A program made the position numbers and the translations under genes. The notes under the pieces are model-generated. The model saw only the letters and a list, made by a program, of their open reading frames with translations. It made no database searches and was not told where the DNA came from. Of a stretch of DNA of 64,000 nt, positions 61,493 through 64,000 are shown in pieces (position 1 is the first letter of the stretch; each line of letters starts with the position of its first letter). Source of the DNA: Paraspadella gotoi (taxonomy: Eukaryota; Animalia; Chaetognatha); assembly GCA_051294375.1 (NCBI GenBank), contig JBJCIZ010000239.1, forward strand, positions 6,281,074 to 6,345,073, read 5' to 3'.

Positions 61493-64000
61493 ATGAATTT
61501 CGCCCGTCACGATTTGGAACGGGATTTGGCGGCGTCGTCTGCCTCGCCGTCAACGCCCTCGTTAACATCGAGCCCTATGGAATCCCGCAGCCCTCGTCTC
61601 CCGGCTCCGGCTGCGACGCCGTTCCCCGTCGGCCTTTTCTCCGCTTCGACGCCGTCGCGCGACGCCGACGAGGCGCCATCTTTCTCGGCCCGCATCGACG
61701 ACGACGACAACCGTCTCCTCATCGCCGACGCCGATTTCGAAGACTCCGCGACGCCGGGTATCTCTCTCTACGAGGAAACGGCGCCGCCTTCCGTCGGCGT
61801 TTCCTTCCATTGCAGCTTTTGCTTCTCTCGATTTTCTACGAAGGGTGAAGCGGAAGTTCACGTCGCCGAAGCACATCAAAATCTCGCCGAAGTCGTCATC
61901 GAACGTCTAGACGGAAACGTCGTCGTCGCTGAGATCGGCGCCGCCACGCCCACGCCCACAACCACACCCTCGACCGCAACCGCGGAGATCATCCACTGCG
62001 GCGTCAACCCGGCCGCCGCCGCTGCAGTCGCCGCTATTTCACGCTCCAATCGATACACTCAAAGATTTATCTGCCGCCTTTGCGACTACAGCGCCGCCAG
62101 CAAGAAATCTCTGCAGAAGCACGTCGTGACCAAACACTCGGACGAGTTCGATCAAAACTCGCTCAACCGTCGCGAGGACAAAAACGCGGCGCTCAAAGCC
62201 GGATTGAAATCCTCCTACGCGAAGCTTCCTTTTGCTTGTAACGCTTGCGACAAGAGATTTCACAACGAGGTTGGTCTGCGCAGACACCAGCAGCTGAGTC
62301 ATCGCAATTTGATGTGTTCAATTTGCGGAGAAGTTTTCGCGGCGTCGAGATATTTGTGGCGACACGGGGAGTTGGTTCACGGAGGGCTGCTGACGAGCTT
62401 AGCGTCAACGTCGTCCGAGAATAACTCCATCGAACTCGCTCCAGCGCTGGAGATTAACTCCATCGAACCTGTCGTCATTCCGGCTGAGATCAAATTTCCA
62501 AAGACTCAACATCGCGACGTCGGTTCTGAAGCGGATCCCCGCTCGCTGCCCGAGAGAAACGTTCCACTCCTTAATCAGACAAACTTGCCGCAATCCGTCT
62601 TGAACGTGGCGCAACATGTGGCCCGGCAGGTTATTCAGCAAGCCTCTCGGCAGCAATCTTCGACCATGTCGCAAGCTTCGCATGAGTTACCCTCTCAGAC
62701 TCCCGCGATGCAATTGCCCATCATCAGCAGCGTGATGTCGTTGAATTCGAAGTTGGCGACGCAACCTCCGCCAATGAGCTCCAGTTTACAGCAACGTTCA
62801 TCGATTCGGCAGAATAATCAGCCATTGCCGATTAATCTTCCGGAACGGCCCCAAATTAGCCTCGCACGTTATCCTTCTTTTCAGCAGGGGACGAATCAAC
62901 CTCAGCCACTGAGGATCTCGCTCGCTCCTTTTAGTAACACCAATTCCACATTGGCCAATGGTTGTGTCCGGCCTCTCTTGACTCGGGCTTTTCCCAATTC
63001 TCTTCAAAGTCAACGGCCCGTGCAGCAACAGGCAGCACCCAACTCCTTACAAAACATATTACAACTTCGTCCACCTGTGCAAAACTTCAATCAAAATAGG
63101 TTTCAGCAAATTTTCCGGCCTTTGACCGTGCAGCAACAAAGAACTCAAATCCGTCAATCCCTTCTGCAGCCCATGAGACTTCCTCTCCAAAATTCCGTCC
63201 AGTATCAACAGCAACAGCATCATGCGCAACTCCATAACCAACCTGCTCCACCTTCGACTTCCTTTCCTTCAGTTCGGTCCCAGTCTTACCAGGTGTTCCA
63301 GGTGAATCCAACTCGACTTCCTTCCGGCCCGACCCTTCAATCAGCTCGTCAACCTCCTCCGCTGCAGAGGCTATCGGTGGATCCGTCGACGAGCGGTTCC
63401 GACCCGTGCAGAAGGCCGTCGCTCTCCATTTCTGGCCCGCAACTGCGGCAAATGCTGCAATGTCCGGGTATGAGCTTGCAGCTGCCGCGAACAACTGCTT
63501 CTGCTACGGCGTCGTGCGTGGCGGGGCAGTGGCGTCGAGCGTGGCGTGGTCAGCGCGGCGTCGTACGTGCGGGGCAGCGGCGTCGTCACGTGGCGGGTCA
63601 GCGGCGTCGAGCGTGGCGGGGTCAGCGGCGTCGAGCGTGGCGGGCCAGTGGTGGCGTCGAGGTGGCGGGGCCAGCGGCGTCGAGCGTGGCGGGGCAGCGG
63701 CGTCAGCCCGCCGTGGCAAGGATTATTAGCTGTGGCGTCTCGCCCTCCAGTTTCACGGACCCGCGTCGATCGCCTCGGCGTCTTTGCCCCCGGCGTCGTC
63801 AGATTCGGCGGCCAGGCGGTGTTGCCTCGACGACAGACGTTGCCGAAGGCTTTTACGGCGGAGTAGACGACGCCGACGTCATCCTCGAGGACGCCGAGGA
63901 TTCCAATCCAATTCAAGACGTTTCTTCCGTCGTCGGCCCGCAGAAAGACGCCGCCCTCGTCGCCAGCGGTGCCGCCCCAGCCTCTGCAGCCGTCGCCCCA
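61493..64000 (+). CDS. C2H2 zinc-finger protein; ORF open to the window end
   Basis: ATG at 61493 (MNFARHDLERD...), no in-frame stop found by hand translation. Four fingers: FHCSFCFSRFSTKGEAEVHVAEAH, FICRLCDYSAASKKSLQKHVVTKH, FACNACDKRFHNEVGLRRHQQLSH, LMCSICGEVFAASRYLWRHGELVH, then a Q/P/S-rich region. Probably missing from the ORF track because it has no stop inside the window. Confidence 0.88.
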   Translation, partial: MNFARHDLERDLAASSASPSTPSLTSSPMESRSPRLPAPAATPFPVGLFSASTPSRDADEAPSFSARIDDDDNRLLIADADFEDSATPGISLYEETAPPSVGVSFHCSFCFSRFSTKGEAEVHVAEAHQNLAEVVIERLDGNVVVAEIGAATPTPTTTPSTATAEIIHCGVNPAAAAAVAAISRSNRYTQRFICRLCDYSAASKKSLQKHVVTKHSDEFDQNSLNRREDKNAALKAGLKSSYAKLPFACNACDKRFHNEVGLRRHQQLSHRNLMCSICGEVFAASRYLWRHGELVHGGLLTSLASTSSENNSIELAPALEINSIEPVVIPAEIKFPKTQHRDVGSEADPRSLPERNVPLLNQTNLPQSVLNVAQHVARQVIQQASRQQSSTMSQASHELPSQTPAMQLPIISSVMSLNSKLATQPPPMSSSLQQRSSIRQNNQPLPINLPERPQISLARYPSFQQGTNQPQPLRISLAPFSNTNSTLANGCVRPLLTRAFPNSLQSQRPVQQQAAPNSLQNILQLRPPVQNFNQNRFQQIFRPLTVQQQRTQIRQSLLQPMRLPLQNSVQYQQQQHHAQLHNQPAPPSTSFPSVRSQSYQVFQVNPTRLPSGPTLQSARQPPPLQRLSVDPSTSGSDPCRRPSLSISGPQLRQMLQCPGMSLQLPRTTASATASCVAGQWRRAWRGQRGVVRAGQRRRHVAGQRRRAWRGQRRRAWRASGGVEVAGPAASSVAGQRRQPAVARIISCGVSPSSFTDPRRSPRRLCPRRRQIRRPGGVASTTDVAEGFYGGVDDADVILEDAEDSNPIQDVSSVVGPQKDAALVASGAAPASAAVAP
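63515..63705 (+). repeat. GC-rich ~23-24-bp minisatellite inside the zinc-finger ORF
   Basis: Repeated cagcggcgtcgagcgtggcggg units with small indels. Confidence 0.8.

Overview
Animal genomic DNA with GC/CpG-rich exons, AT-rich introns full of microsatellites, and many N gaps. Three multi-exon genes are readable. (1) A complete TET-family 5-methylcytosine dioxygenase on + (about 4.8-42.6 kb), with a long low-complexity N-terminus, Cys-rich domain, HxD...H...R catalytic DSBH and the C-terminal VTGPYxRWI motif. (2) A divergent TRPC-like cation channel on - (43.7-59.3 kb), tail-to-tail with TET. (3) A C2H2 zinc-finger ORF on + (61.5 kb to the window end). Roughly 20 kb consists of indel-riddled second or third copies of adjacent sequence, best explained as unpolished long-read assembly artefacts. 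The most interesting signal survives that caveat: the TET exon encoding the DNA-contacting Cys-rich loop is present as two tandem, codon-diverged, phase-0/0 variants of about 43 codons, a candidate mutually exclusive splicing switch. Introns also hold a tRNA-derived SINE, a structured ~200-bp repeat in inverted orientation, and a MITE-like family with a telomere-like core. Exon boundaries were read by eye and are approximate where the sequence is noisy.
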